Notes under the pieces: model-generated | Told to the model about the DNA's origin: nothing | Seen by the model: only the letters and a program-made list of their open reading frames with translations | Databases searched by the model: none | Shown here: positions 18,936 through 29,453 of the stretch, one piece after another | Layout: the number at the start of each line of letters is the position of its first letter | How positions within the stretch are numbered: the first letter of the stretch is position 1 | Program-made: the position numbers and the translations under genes | IMG/VR virus record: IMGVR_UViG_3300021560_000018 | Coordinates: 6,054-70,053 of that record | Source: a virus | DNA: 64,000 nucleotides | Strand: one strand, 5' to 3'

Positions 18936-19534
18936 GTGTACTCCTCAAAGTGTGAGCCGGAGATGATCCGGAAAGCGAATTTCGCGACAGCCAACCGTAT
19001 GACGGCAATGCGAGTCAGGATGCGGTCTTTGCGTGTGGGCGTGTACGGCACCGGAACTTCTGGCACGTGCATGACCGGCAGCCCGAACAGACTCCGCAGG
19101 TTATCCCCGAACTGGTTCAGCGGCTCAGCTACGTCCTTCAGGTAGCCGTCCATGGCACCGCCAAACGCCTGGACGAACGGGAAGATGTTCGTGGGTCCGT
19201 AGAAGTCGTCAATGCGCTTCCTTGCGTACCGAAGCTGTTCCTCGACTTCGCTCGGGATGAAGACCGCGCTCTGCGGGATGCCGTAGGGTCCCTGCTCCGA
19301 TTGCCGATCGAATACCGCATGGTGCGTACCCAGGAGATGCCGCAGGGCTTCCTCCGAGTTGGAGGTAAAGGCCTGTCCTGGGTCGTCAGGTCCGAAGGTA
19401 CCCGGCTTCCGGGTCCAGCCCTCGTAGGCAGCCTCGAGGGTTGCGTGTGGCCGCGTTGGGGTAGAGGTGAGCCGCTCTACCTCAAGCTCGACCGCATCCC
19501 CAAAGGTCTTGTGGCCCCAGACCCACAATTTCAA
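18932..19534 (-). CDS. hypothetical protein
   Basis: 200 aa ORF. Confidence 0.4.
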   Translation of the reverse strand: MKLWVWGHKTFGDAVELEVERLTSTPTRPHATLEAAYEGWTRKPGTFGPDDPGQAFTSNSEEALRHLLGTHHAVFDRQSEQGPYGIPQSAVFIPSEVEEQLRYARKRIDDFYGPTNIFPFVQAFGGAMDGYLKDVAEPLNQFGDNLRSLFGLPVMHVPEVPVPYTPTRKDRILTRIAVIRLAVAKFAFRIISGSHFEEYT

Positions 19535-19570
19535 GCTACTCGCCGTCCTCCGCTATCTGACTCGCCCATG

Positions 19571-20470
19571 TCAGGTGAGTGACCCAATGATATCGTCTCC
19601 ACCCTCCTGGGTGATGACGTACCGCACAGTTCTGCTTTCCGCCTCTTCGTCCGCAGCGCGGTCCTTCGTGCCCTGCCTGGAGGTCAGTTCGTCGCTGACT
19701 GCCTTCAGGATGCTGATCTTGGCCCGCAGCAGGTTCTGATGCCTTCTACTCCCTAGCAGCATGTTCATGTCAAACCGGTCGCCGGACTTGATGTCGTCGG
19801 CTCCGCTCACATGCTTCAGCTGGTCCACGTTCTCACGCATCACGTCGATGACGAGATCTATGTCCTCGTAATCCTGCTGAAGTTCCGCAAGACGGTTCTG
19901 TCGCTTAGATATCCATAGACCGGCGGACTCAATGGCGAGCTTGCCTGCAAGTGCAGCTCGAACCTCGGAGATTTCCTGGCTATACGTGAGCCTGAAGTCA
20001 GAGATGATCTCAGTAGGAACTCCAACAGACTGAGCGATACTCGCATCTGACCATTCACCCAGAGCCAGATCGCGAAGCAAAGCAAGTCTAGCTCGCCCAC
20101 GGTACAGCTGGGACGGGTCGAGGTTCCGACTGACGGGCCGAGCGGCGTTGCCATCAAGAGTGTGCATGCCGTCTGCGTTTCCGCGTCCCGGAGGCACCAC
20201 CCCTGACTCCGGCATGTCATAGTTGGCATCCTCCTCCTCGAGCTCTAGGGAGTCCTCCTCGCTCAAGGAGTCGGGGACCTCGGTAGTCTCTTCGGGCGGC
20301 TCCGCGGGTCTGATACGACGGGGGCGCGCATCAGGCCCCACCCTCTTGGTGCCTGTACTAGTCCGCTTAGCAGGACGCTCGCCGCCTGCCTGCCGCCTCG
20401 CAACGGCTCCGCCTGCGCTACGGCTCTGGGTGCCGGTTCGCTTGCGTCGCGGACTTTCCGCAGCTACCAA
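19571..20470 (-). CDS. Arg-rich DNA-binding protein, possible small terminase subunit
   Basis: First gene of the late operon; TTG start at 20470 with GGAGG 5 nt upstream; basic N-terminus, acidic linker, helical C-terminus. The function is a guess from position alone. Confidence 0.3.
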   Translation of the reverse strand: MVAAESPRRKRTGTQSRSAGGAVARRQAGGERPAKRTSTGTKRVGPDARPRRIRPAEPPEETTEVPDSLSEEDSLELEEEDANYDMPESGVVPPGRGNADGMHTLDGNAARPVSRNLDPSQLYRGRARLALLRDLALGEWSDASIAQSVGVPTEIISDFRLTYSQEISEVRAALAGKLAIESAGLWISKRQNRLAELQQDYEDIDLVIDVMRENVDQLKHVSGADDIKSGDRFDMNMLLGSRRHQNLLRAKISILKAVSDELTSRQGTKDRAADEEAESRTVRYVITQEGGDDIIGSLT

Positions 20471-20552
20471 TTCGACCTCCGAGGTCCCCAGTGATCGCCG
20501 CCAGAACCGAGGGTCGACGGTTCTGACCGGCTCACCCTTCCCTCAGGCGGTG

Positions 20553-20582
20553 AGTATAGCCGCACCGCTACGGTTTACGCTA
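20553..20582 (-). promoter_or_regulatory. late-operon promoter candidate TAGCGT-N18-TATACT (minus strand)
   Basis: Reverse complement reads cTAGCGTaaaccgtagcggtgcggcTATACT; matches the recurring motif family of this element. Confidence 0.35.
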
Positions 20583-20890
20583 GGTAATCGGGGTACTTAG
20601 TATATATGCGCAGGTAAATTGATGCTTTTAGGCGATTTATTTGAACGATTCCCGGGTGTATAGTGCATATATAGCCAATTTCCATGGTTTCCTGGCCGTT
20701 TTCGGCCGAATATCGCGGAAAATCGGTTTCCACCAGACACTTTAGGGTATATACTAGTGTTGCATGCTGTAGTTCCCTTCTGCAGGAGGTGATTCCCATG
20801 CGCGGCGCTCTCCTGAGCCATCTGCTGTTCGAGGTGTCCATGCCGCTATATCCGTGAGCCTGTCGCAAGGCTCCTTTCCTAAAACGGTTG

Positions 20891-20932
20891 CAAAGCCCCG
20901 GTTGATGTACCCGTGACCGGGGCTTTGTTATG
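20891..20932 (+). terminator. hairpin terminator
   Basis: 12-bp perfect stem caaagccccggt / accggggctttg followed by ttatgc. Confidence 0.4.
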
Positions 20933-22069
20933 CATTCGTTCCAATTTCCGCAAAACCTGTCCAGCACCATACACCAAAGGGAGGGCGTGGGTCGCCCAGC
21001 TTCGGGACTTCTGGCCCACGGGAGCCCTGGGGCCCATAGGAACCCCAGAGCTCGCAGCTCAGGACCTCAGAGAACAGGAGCCATCCGACCACCACCCTCA
21101 AGGCCGAAGTCAAGGATACCGAGGATCACCGGGAAGTCATCACCGAAGTCGTAGGACTCGCCGTCAACGAGGACCTCAGAGGCCGAATCGTCAGCGAACG
21201 ACAGGATCACGGACCCAGGACCGGAGCAGTTACGAACGAGCACCCACAGCGGCGACCGGCCACCGAACAGGGGCCAGACGTCAAGCTCAGCGGCGGCATC
21301 GGCCAGGAAGCGCGGGTCACAGCCCGGCAGGCCAGTAGTCATAGCGGCAGTCCCTTCGGGAGGCAAGCAGTTCATCATACCACAAGCATACCGCGTACCC
21401 CAGCCCGATAGCTACCCCTGCAGGTTACGGAATGGTAACGCTTCCCCTGGTAGGGGTACCGCATAGCCGAGCCCCATACCCGGTAGCACCCCACGCTATG
21501 CCCCTCCAGGCCCACGCTACCTGGTCGGGCCGACACCACGCGGACCCCAGTGCGCGAGCGCTACGTTGCTCCCTGCAGCGTTGGCCTGAACTGCGATACG
21601 GGCCAGTTTGGAATGCCTACCCACCATTTCCGTACTGGTCAGTAACTTACAGGCCGAGGGAGTACGAAATCGTTAGTTTGCCTAAGTAACTACATTCGTT
21701 AGCGCCGCATACGAGTTTCGTTTCCATGCCTAACGATTAATCGTTAGCTCGAGTAAGGATATTCGTATGCTAGGCTAACTGGTTTGGTTACCTAGCCTAA
21801 CGAGTTCGCGAGAACAGCGACGCTGGGGGCATAAATGCGTACAGTAGCGTAATCGACTACCTACCGTTACACTCCCATAATGCCCCTTTAGCGGCAGCCT
21901 AAGGAGATGGACCCCCACTCCGCAGTACTTACCTGCGGTCGGTCCTGTTTGCCATTTACGCAGGTCAGGGGCACTTTTCAGGGCATACGTACGGGGCAGC
22001 CGCCGACTGCGTAGCGTAATTAGGGGGAGGGGTCGAATTTACCATTCCGTTATCAACTGTTTATGCACA

Positions 22070-22460
22070 GGAAATACCGTTTCTATCTCCTGGAACTACC
22101 GGCTCTACCCATTGAAATGGCGGTTTCAATTCCTTGCAATTTCTCCTGGAAAAGGCCGAAATTCCGAGGTGGAATGGGCGAATGTTCCCTTGGCTGCTTA
22201 ACGACATAAATTCGGATGGAGAATCGGAGAACAGGGATTGTGCGTCTCCGTTCTTATTATAGAACTACTACCGGCACAACCGTTTCTATCCTATTACTAC
22301 CATTTCTATAAGCAGGAAAGGGGTTACGCTGCGGCGATACCCAATACCATTGCATTTTCTTCTCAATTTCCTAACAGGAGATAGAATTATAGAGCCGGTA
22401 GCGCCGGTAGTACCCTCATACAAGCCCTATTGAATTAACTACCGGCTCTATCTCCTGCCC
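22070..22460. repeat. iteron-like repeat cluster (candidate origin or centromere)
   Basis: Repeated CTACCGGC(TCTA) and TCTATCTCCTG units in both orientations: 22077..22109, 22138..22148, 22267..22294, 22376..22415, 22439..22459. Lower GC than surroundings; palindrome taacgattaatcgtta lies nearby at 21731..21746. Confidence 0.45.
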
Positions 22461-23292
22461 GAAATCGCCCTTTTTACCCCTATATTCCGCCTATAAACAT
22501 ACGGTAAATTAGCAGTAACTAGTGCATAAATACCAGCCCCTGCCCTACGCGCGCGAGCGCCCGAGCGGGGTAGCGGTAGCACGTACCCCGGGGAAACTGT
22601 ATACCTACCCGTTACAGCCCCGTTACCATACCGTAACTGTAAACACTTTACTTCCGCGCCCAACTGGCGTAGGCTTCTGTTATAAGCGAAAAACGGTAAG
22701 ACGCGAGCCGGGCGGCTCGCCCGCCTCCTCCCCGCGCGGGAGGGCAGAACGGGAACGCCGGTTCGTACAACTCAAGACGCACGGTCAAGTTTCACTTGAC
22801 GCGACGCGCGCTATACCAACGCGGTGGTCACCCGTTCTACGGGCGGGGGCAACCTGAATAGACAGGCGTGTCGGAGACAGAGGATGTACGGTAGGTTGCT
22901 AGGCTACCAAGCCAATCTGTATCCGTCGGGCTTCACCGATTCGGTCAGCGTTTAGCAAAACAGTGATGGCTGTGGCTTGGGATCAAGGGTCGGCATCGTA
23001 CTAGAAACGAGCCATTTTCGGGAACCTACCGGGCGCGCTGTTACCCCTACCTCTAGTGGGTAGGTAAGCGCGAGACGAGGCTAGCGCGGGTCAGATCCGT
23101 CGCGATGAACCCTAGGAAATGCGAAGCCTCTCAAGAACCGGGCGATATTCAGCATCCCTCATTACCGTGCTATCAAGACCTCGGTAGTCGCGTACCTACA
23201 AAGTTACCGGACCGTAAGTTACCACCCGGTAGCTTTGCGGGTACGTGAGTGCCCGTAGCGGAAGTCGTTACGATTCCGTTATGCAATGACCC

Positions 23293-23321
23293 TAGCCATA
23301 CCCGCGCGAGCGAGGTACGGT
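23293..23321 (+). promoter_or_regulatory. early-operon promoter candidate TAGCCA-N17-TACGGT
   Basis: Same spacing and -10 class (TANNNT) as the other motif copies; immediately upstream of the first plus-strand gene. Confidence 0.35.
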
Positions 23322-23386
23322 TCGGGTGAAGTTGGGAGCCAGGCCAGTCACCAGACCGGAGCCCGCTCCCGAAAAGGAGGCCAAGA

Positions 23387-24204
23387 TGGCTACCAGCATT
23401 ATCACCTGCGCAGGGTCCGGATCCGCCTGGGTCACTCCCGACGACGGCGAGTCCTTCACCTGCCCCGAGTGCCTGCTCACGCCGCAGGAGCTTGGGATCA
23501 AGACCAGGAAGACCAGCAAGGGACTCAACCCGGCGACCATCCCCGACCACGAGGTCGAGGTGGACGGCGTCGAGGTCAGGTACGTTCTGACCAACGGCGA
23601 CTTCGAGGTTCACACCCCTTCCTGCCCGCAGCTCAAGCGGGACCTGGCCAAGTCGGACTACGAGAAGCCCGGCACGGTCGTTGCCGTGTCTCGCGAAGAC
23701 GCCGTCCGATTCCTGTGGGATGACCAGATCGCCGAAGCTTTCACCCAGCCCGTCAACCCTGACGAGCCGGACGGCGACCACGAGTCCTACGAGCCAACCA
23801 CCGACGAGCTGGCCGAGCATGGCTACTTCGAGGCGACCCACTTCCACGGACGCTGCCTCAGCAAGATCCTGCCCGACCCCACGTCGACCGCCAAGGTCAA
23901 GAGCACGGTCAAGCGGGACGCCAAGCGTGCGCTGGCCGACCTCGTCGTCGCGGCGATCGCTGAGGTCCTGAACGGTGAGCTGCCGGCGGCCGTCCTGGCC
24001 GGCATGACCGTGGACGAGGCCAAGCGGATCACGGTCCAGCAGATCCACCACCTGCCGGTGAACCGGGACAACTGGCCCGAGACCATCCCGACCCCGGACC
24101 GCTCGGACTGGGCCCCCAAGGACACCGAGACGGCCGAAGAGGTCGACGAGCCCAGCGACGACAGCGACGACGGCGACGACGCCGAAGACACCACCGAGGA
24201 GTGA
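23387..24204 (+). CDS. hypothetical protein with acidic C-terminus
   Basis: ATG 23387 preceded by AAAAGGAGG; 272 aa. The alternative GTG at 23326 would be near-leaderless. Confidence 0.5.
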
Positions 24205-24292
24205 CATCGGGCGGGGAGGGGCCAACTACCCCTCCCCTCCCCAGTTTGTCTAGTCGGCATCGCAAGGTGCCGGCCAGATGATCTGAGGAGGG

Positions 24293-24520
24293 ATGATGAA
24301 CCAGATGGCCACCGTACATGGCGGCATGCCGCTGCGGCAGGGTGGGCTCACGAGGCTCTACTACCAGGGTTACTACTGGATCGTGACCAGCCCCAACCAG
24401 CCCAAGCGCTGGTCGCCAGTCACGGGGATCATGCGGCCTACCGACATCGGGGACGGCTACATGATGGTCAGCAACTCGCACGTGACCGTACGGCTGCACC
24501 CGATGCGGTACGCCTACTGA
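24293..24520 (+). CDS. hypothetical protein
   Basis: 75 aa, RBS GAGGAGGG. Confidence 0.45.
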   Translation: MMNQMATVHGGMPLRQGGLTRLYYQGYYWIVTSPNQPKRWSPVTGIMRPTDIGDGYMMVSNSHVTVRLHPMRYAY

Positions 24521-24613
24521 GGATGGGGTGGGGAGCCGGCACCCGAAACCGGCTCTCCTCGCCACGGAGACTGGGGAACCGAACCACCCAGTCACCATGG
24601 TGAGGAGGACAAG

Positions 24614-24940
24614 ATGGGCGTTCGGACAGAGATTGAGGAGGCCCTGGACAGACTCGGGGTTCCTCACAACGAGAACCAGGTGACCCGCCTGGTGCTGCGG
24701 GTCGCTGCGACCCAGGACGCGCGGGACATCACCCAGAAGGATGCGGTGAAGCTGGTCACGGACTCCGTGTTCATCTTCCCGTGGCGGATCATGGCCGCAT
24801 CCGAGGGTGCCGACCAGCTAGTCAGAATCGGCGTCCTGCGGGTCTACGGCAAGCCATGCAATGAGCCGGGCTGCCCCGGTGACCCGTTCAACTGGGGCAC
24901 TGACGGCTCCGTACTGGGCGAGCGGGTGGACATCCTATGA
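24614..24940 (+). CDS. hypothetical protein
   Basis: 108 aa, RBS GGTGAGGAGG. Confidence 0.5.
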   Translation: MGVRTEIEEALDRLGVPHNENQVTRLVLRVAATQDARDITQKDAVKLVTDSVFIFPWRIMAASEGADQLVRIGVLRVYGKPCNEPGCPGDPFNWGTDGSVLGERVDIL

Positions 24941-25000
24941 ATGGCCGGGACGTCCTATGGGTGCTAATTGCCCTGCTGGTGCTAGCCCTAAGCGTTTGGT

Positions 25001-25189
25001 ATGCTCATGGCTAGGATCTTCCGCAGGAGCCAGTCGAAGGTGCAGAATCGGCCCAAGACCGGGACCTGTACCTTCGACTGGGTTACCCGCGATAGCGAAC
25101 ACCAACATTACTGTGGAAGGACCACAATCAATGGAACCCACCGAGGACACCACAGCTGCCGAAACTGCCCACGGACGCACGCTCAGTAG
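25001..25189 (+). CDS. small Cys/His-rich protein
   Basis: 62 aa, high GC3, HYCGRTT...HRGHHSCRNCPRTH. Confidence 0.3.
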   Translation: MLMARIFRRSQSKVQNRPKTGTCTFDWVTRDSEHQHYCGRTTINGTHRGHHSCRNCPRTHAQ

Positions 25190-25420
25190 CCTGGGCTACT
25201 GCGAGGGCACCACATCAACCATGTGCTGGCTTCCGCCGGTGTGGCGCATCACGGATGCCGAGGGGCATCAGAAGCTGGCATGTGGCCGACACCTATCCCA
25301 CGCGATGCCCGAGAATGGTGCACTAGTACTGCCCATCCGCTAACCGACAGCCCAGGTGGTACCCCGAAAGGGGTACTGCCTAGGTGGCCGAGTGAGCCAC
25401 TGAGGGAGATGATTATGGTC

Positions 25421-25543
25421 AAGTTGTTCCGGGCCATCCGTGAGCTGGATATGGAAATTGTCCAGATCAACGTGTGGGACCCCACAATCCGCAAGCTGGT
25501 ACTCATCCGACCGTGGTCGGACCCGAACGAGAACCCAGCCTAA
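25421..25543 (+). CDS. small hypothetical protein
   Basis: 41 aa, GAGGGAG 6 nt upstream. Confidence 0.3.
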   Translation, partial: KLFRAIRELDMEIVQINVWDPTIRKLVLIRPWSDPNENPA

Positions 25544-25560
25544 CCGGTCCCCGGAAGGGG

Positions 25561-25589
25561 TAGCTAACAGCCGGGATACGCGGTAGGAT
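25561..25589 (+). promoter_or_regulatory. promoter candidate ggggTAGCTA-N17-TAGGAT with overlapping inverted repeat
   Basis: TAGGAT at 25584..25589; inverted repeat cgcggtagg/cctaccgcg (25579..25616) spans the -10 and could act as an operator. Confidence 0.4.
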
Positions 25590-25637
25590 AGACGTAGGTA
25601 CGCCGAACCTACCGCGTACCCGGCGAGAGGAGACCAG

Positions 25638-26231
25638 ATGGCTGACGACGAACTCCACCCCAGCGACCGCGATCCTGACTGGGTCGACAAGCTGGAACTC
25701 AAGCCAGAGAAGACTCCGCTACAGCTTCGGCCTGCGGAGCCCCTGCCCCACTGGGTCCTGGACGAGATGGTGCGGGTGACCACTGTGTACAACACCGCGA
25801 TCATCGACGGCCGTCCTAGTGACGAGCAGGTCGTGTTCCTGGTGACTCGGCAGTTCCCGCACTTCCCACCGGCCGAGTATTCCAACGGCTTCGCGCCTGA
25901 GGAACTGGCCTTCACGATCATGTGGCTCGAGGGCGAGTACTACCACAACGGGCTGCCTGTCGAAAACGCGAGCGACGAGGGCATCATCAACCAGCTGCTC
26001 GGAGCTATCACGATGGCTCCCGATGGCTACATGCCAGGCCAGAGCGTTACCACGGAGGTGGTGCGGTTATGGCGCAGCGTTACCGGCAGCAACCGATGGT
26101 TAAGGCTAGGGTACCTGCTCCCCTCCGCGCGAGGAACGCGGCGAAGCAGGTCGACTCTGCTGGCCTCCCGTACCCGCTCGGCAAGGTGGTCGTGTTCCGG
26201 CACCCTGAGGAGGGTATCCTCCGCGGAGTGA
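25638..26231 (+). CDS. hypothetical protein (3' end uncertain)
   Basis: Good composition for about 145 codons, then an Arg/Ser-rich tail overlapping the next gene. Confidence 0.4.
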   Translation: MADDELHPSDRDPDWVDKLELKPEKTPLQLRPAEPLPHWVLDEMVRVTTVYNTAIIDGRPSDEQVVFLVTRQFPHFPPAEYSNGFAPEELAFTIMWLEGEYYHNGLPVENASDEGIINQLLGAITMAPDGYMPGQSVTTEVVRLWRSVTGSNRWLRLGYLLPSARGTRRSRSTLLASRTRSARWSCSGTLRRVSSAE

Positions 26232-26335
26232 TTCGAAGCCGCGACACCGCTACCGACAGCTACACCGTTGAGCTGCGTAGCACCCGCAAGGTGAAGGTCA
26301 AGGGCCACCAGATCAATACGAAGAGGCCAGAGTGA
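26069..26335 (+). CDS. hypothetical protein
   Basis: ATG 26069 with GAGGTGG upstream; 88 aa. Confidence 0.4.
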   Translation: MAQRYRQQPMVKARVPAPLRARNAAKQVDSAGLPYPLGKVVVFRHPEEGILRGVIRSRDTATDSYTVELRSTRKVKVKGHQINTKRPE

Positions 26336-26586
26336 ACAAAGTCGATCTGAGGGAGCTTCGGGCTGACTTCGATGTCGAGCAGGTCTCGGCGTCGGGTCGG
26401 CTCAGGGCCACCCGTTGGGAAGTGCGCCGCAAGGACGGGCAGGAGCTGTGGCTGGGAGACCTGGTCCGGTTTGAGCCCGAGCATGAGTGGCACTTCCAGC
26501 CGCCCATGGGGCGTGGCAGCCTAATCGTGGGCAAGTCCCACGAGGAGGTCATCAAGCGGGCCAGGGAAGCAGGTCTGCTCAAGTGA
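26332..26586 (+). CDS. hypothetical protein
   Basis: GTG start overlapping the upstream stop (GTGA); 84 aa. Confidence 0.45.
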   Translation: MNKVDLRELRADFDVEQVSASGRLRATRWEVRRKDGQELWLGDLVRFEPEHEWHFQPPMGRGSLIVGKSHEEVIKRAREAGLLK

Positions 26587-26765
26587 AACACAGAGCGCCT
26601 ACAGCAAGATTCAGGATCAGGCTCGCCATAGCTATGCGTGGCTGGTTCAAGAGCCCGGACAACTGGGGGAGCCTGGTCCTGAACCTTCTGGTTCTGGGGG
26701 CCGTAATTATTTCTGCCCTGCTGTACGCACCAATAACAACATTCCACTACCACCTGTATCCCTGA
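26583..26765 (+). CDS. small membrane protein
   Basis: GTGA coupling; one TM helix LVLNLLVLGAVIISALLY. Confidence 0.4.
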   Translation: MKHRAPTARFRIRLAIAMRGWFKSPDNWGSLVLNLLVLGAVIISALLYAPITTFHYHLYP

Positions 26766-26778
26766 GAGGAGAACCGCC

Positions 26779-26898
26779 ATGAACAGCCAGCGCGTCATGA
26801 CGGCGATCATCGCCTTTGTGATGTTCGCTGTCATGATGCTTGTGTTCATCGGCATGTGGGCCACGCTCGGTGGCTCGCTGCCCTACCGCCACGGCTGA
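26779..26898 (+). CDS. small membrane protein
   Basis: 39 aa, RBS GAGAGGAG, hydrophobic core AIIAFVMFAVMMLVFIGMW. Confidence 0.45.
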   Translation: MNSQRVMTAIIAFVMFAVMMLVFIGMWATLGGSLPYRHG

Positions 26899-26908
26899 GG
26901 AGGCCTAG

Positions 26909-27484
26909 ATGGCAAATGCTGAGTACGTGATCACCGCCGAGGACAAGGACGGCAGCAACTGTATGCGCGTCTGCGAGCAACACCTTTCCTCCGGTGTTCA
27001 CCAGATGTTCCAGGATGAGTGGTACGAGATCACCACCCATCGTCTGAACCCGACGGCCGGTTTCCCGTGTGACCTGATCCACGAGGAGGCCGAAGTCCCC
27101 ATGCCGGACTACGACTGGCTGAGAGACGAGGACCTGATGGTCTACGTTAAGCTGCCGATCGGCGAGATGGTCAGCCCGCGCGTACTGGTGGTGGATTCTG
27201 GTATGCGCTGGGGTGCTGTCCTGACGATCGAACAGGGCGTGATCGGAGACGCCGGCAGCTACGCCTGCATCAACGGCGACGTAGTGGCCGATGAAAGCAT
27301 GTACATGTACATCATGGACATCTTCGGAACCCTGCTGGCCGGCGACGCCGCGCCAGAATCCGACGAGGGCTGGGTGTTCATGCCAGCCCGACAGCTCGTC
27401 CCTGACGTGGACGAGGAAAGGGTCAAGGAGATCATCAAGCAGGCCGCCAACGCGGTCTTCGGGGAAGGTGGTGACCAGGGCTGA
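26909..27484 (+). CDS. hypothetical protein
   Basis: 191 aa acidic protein. Confidence 0.5.
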   Translation: MANAEYVITAEDKDGSNCMRVCEQHLSSGVHQMFQDEWYEITTHRLNPTAGFPCDLIHEEAEVPMPDYDWLRDEDLMVYVKLPIGEMVSPRVLVVDSGMRWGAVLTIEQGVIGDAGSYACINGDVVADESMYMYIMDIFGTLLAGDAAPESDEGWVFMPARQLVPDVDEERVKEIIKQAANAVFGEGGDQG

Positions 27485-28779
27485 TGGTATACGGAGCAGC
27501 CCGAGCGGTAGGCCGTGCCGTCAACAAGGCAAGCCAGACGGATGGCACGGCTGAGCCTCGCGACCGTACCCGCGTTCGCGCGGAGGTTGCGGAGCGCCGC
27601 AGAGAACGACAGGTGATCACCCAGCCACTGGACGACATCCGGGGCTGGGTTGACACATTGGTTTACGCGACGCCGGAGCAGAAGGACGCCATGGTGCTGG
27701 CCAATGCGATAACGCACAGCACCGACTCGTTCAATACCCTGCCTCGCGTACTGATCACTAGCCGGCAGAGCGAGTCGGGCAAGACAACCTGGCTCGACAT
27801 CTCGAGCTACCTGGCTCAGAACTCCTGGATGACTGATCCCACGCAGTTCGCCATGCGGGCCAAGTTCAACGAGCCTGACCGGCCTACCCCGCTGTGCGAC
27901 GAGATCAGCAAGGTGTTCGGCGAGGCCGGACTCCGCGGCCGAGGCTCACCCCTGTACAAGCTGCTGGTTGAGAGCTACCGCCGGAGCGCCACCCTGAGCT
28001 TCTCGGTGGACCGTGCGGTTCAGGAGGTGAGCAGCTTCTGCGTTGCCTTCCTGGCCGGACTCAAGACGGCCGCACCTGATGACCTCCGTCGCCGCTCGAT
28101 CATCATCTTGATGAAGCCAGTCCCTCCTGGCATAGAGCTCGACGACAGCCTTGATCCTGGTGTCGAGGCCATCGGACGGGCGCACGGTGAGCGGCTCCAC
28201 AGCTGGGTCAACTCGGTCAGGGAAGACCTGTCCGATTACGCCAAGAACTATCGGCACTACCACCCCAAGCTCCGCTCCCGCAAGGCTCAGATATGGGCTC
28301 CGTTGTTTGCAGTAGCCCAGGCCGCGGGTGGTGACTGGCCCGAACGGTGCCGTCGCGCATTCACAGTGTTGGCCCTAGATGCCAGCGAGAAGCCGGTGCT
28401 TAGCCCGGAGCAGCAGATCCTAATGGATGCGGCCGAACTACTCCGCAGCCAGGATGCGCCCAAGTACCTGACCAGCCGCGACCTCCTGCGCTACCTCCGC
28501 AGCCTGGACGAGCGGAAGATGTACCAGCCGCAGTCGGACCGGCAGATGGCCATGCTGATGTCGGCCGCACTAGGCAAGGCACACGTCCTGACCCTCCCCG
28601 ACCGGCGCACGGCCAAGGGATGGCACAGCAAGATTATCCTCCAGGATGCTCAGGCTCTCGAGGACCTGCTAGCGCCCATCGACGATGACGAACTGGAGGA
28701 CGAGTACGACAGCTTCTTCGAGGAGGAGCAGGAGCCGACTACCGAGACTACCGAGACTACCGTTCACGACGCCGCCTAG
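27484..28779 (+). CDS. P-loop NTPase-like protein
   Basis: Walker A-like SESGKTT; 431 aa; acidic C-terminus with a TETTETT repeat. Confidence 0.5.
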   Translation: MVYGAARAVGRAVNKASQTDGTAEPRDRTRVRAEVAERRRERQVITQPLDDIRGWVDTLVYATPEQKDAMVLANAITHSTDSFNTLPRVLITSRQSESGKTTWLDISSYLAQNSWMTDPTQFAMRAKFNEPDRPTPLCDEISKVFGEAGLRGRGSPLYKLLVESYRRSATLSFSVDRAVQEVSSFCVAFLAGLKTAAPDDLRRRSIIILMKPVPPGIELDDSLDPGVEAIGRAHGERLHSWVNSVREDLSDYAKNYRHYHPKLRSRKAQIWAPLFAVAQAAGGDWPERCRRAFTVLALDASEKPVLSPEQQILMDAAELLRSQDAPKYLTSRDLLRYLRSLDERKMYQPQSDRQMAMLMSAALGKAHVLTLPDRRTAKGWHSKIILQDAQALEDLLAPIDDDELEDEYDSFFEEEQEPTTETTETTVHDAA

Positions 28780-28818
28780 GGTACGATACCCCTAGCGCGC
28801 TACCCGCGAGGAGGGAAC

Positions 28819-29256
28819 ATGCCGAAACTAGTGCCATTCGATGAGGGTGCCCCGCCAGACTGGGTCTTGACCGAGACAGTCGAGGGCACCGTGGTGTATG
28901 TCAACATGGAGGATGAGGACTACCGGCTCGATATCCTGTTCGAGCGAACCACCGAACGTGGGGCCGTAGTCCTCAGCTTCAATGAGAACGGCCAGGTTCT
29001 GGTCAACGGCCTTTTCCTGGACCTCGGCGAGGACATGATGAGCTACTGCTCGCTGGCCGACGAGATCGTGGGCATCGGAGCCGTTTCGGCCGACAACGCA
29101 CCCAAGGTAGGCGTCAAGGTGACCAGTCATCCTTTTGAGGACGAGTCCGAGGAGCCTCCGTACACCGACCCAGACGACGAGGAACCCATCACAGTCTACG
29201 AGTACTCGCAGCGTGGCCCGGAGTTTGACAACCCTCTGCACCCAAGGGAGCAGTGA
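28819..29256 (+). CDS. acidic hypothetical protein
   Basis: 145 aa, RBS GAGGAGGG. Confidence 0.5.
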   Translation: MPKLVPFDEGAPPDWVLTETVEGTVVYVNMEDEDYRLDILFERTTERGAVVLSFNENGQVLVNGLFLDLGEDMMSYCSLADEIVGIGAVSADNAPKVGVKVTSHPFEDESEEPPYTDPDDEEPITVYEYSQRGPEFDNPLHPREQ

Positions 29257-29453
29257 TGTACACGCCAACGTACACCACGCTGGAGGCAGCCCTGGATGCC
29301 GTCGAGGTGGCCATCAAGGAGACCATCGCCGACAACCCGGACCTGGCTGACCAGGAAGACACGATCGCCTGGGACATGACCGACGCCATCGCCATGGACT
29401 GCGACCAGGCTACCGCGCAGGAGCTGCGACGAGTGACCCGAGGTGAGTTCTGA
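29253..29453 (+). CDS. hypothetical protein
   Basis: 66 aa, ATGA coupling. Confidence 0.45.
   Translation: MMYTPTYTTLEAALDAVEVAIKETIADNPDLADQEDTIAWDMTDAIAMDCDQATAQELRRVTRGEF

Noticed and set aside
20600-20760. AT-rich segment as a horizontally acquired mobile element
   Set aside because: No flanking direct repeats, transposase or IS ends were seen; more simply explained as a promoter or origin-type AT-rich tract.
22070-22460. Possible CRISPR array
   Set aside because: Repeat units are short (8-13 bp), occur in both orientations, have irregular spacing and no uniform-length spacers; no cas genes nearby. This is iteron-like, not CRISPR.
23173-24225. 350 aa minus-strand ORF
   Set aside because: Antisense to a plus-strand gene that has a strong RBS and coherent composition; the minus ORF is Gly/Arg/Val-rich wrong-frame material typical of high-GC DNA.
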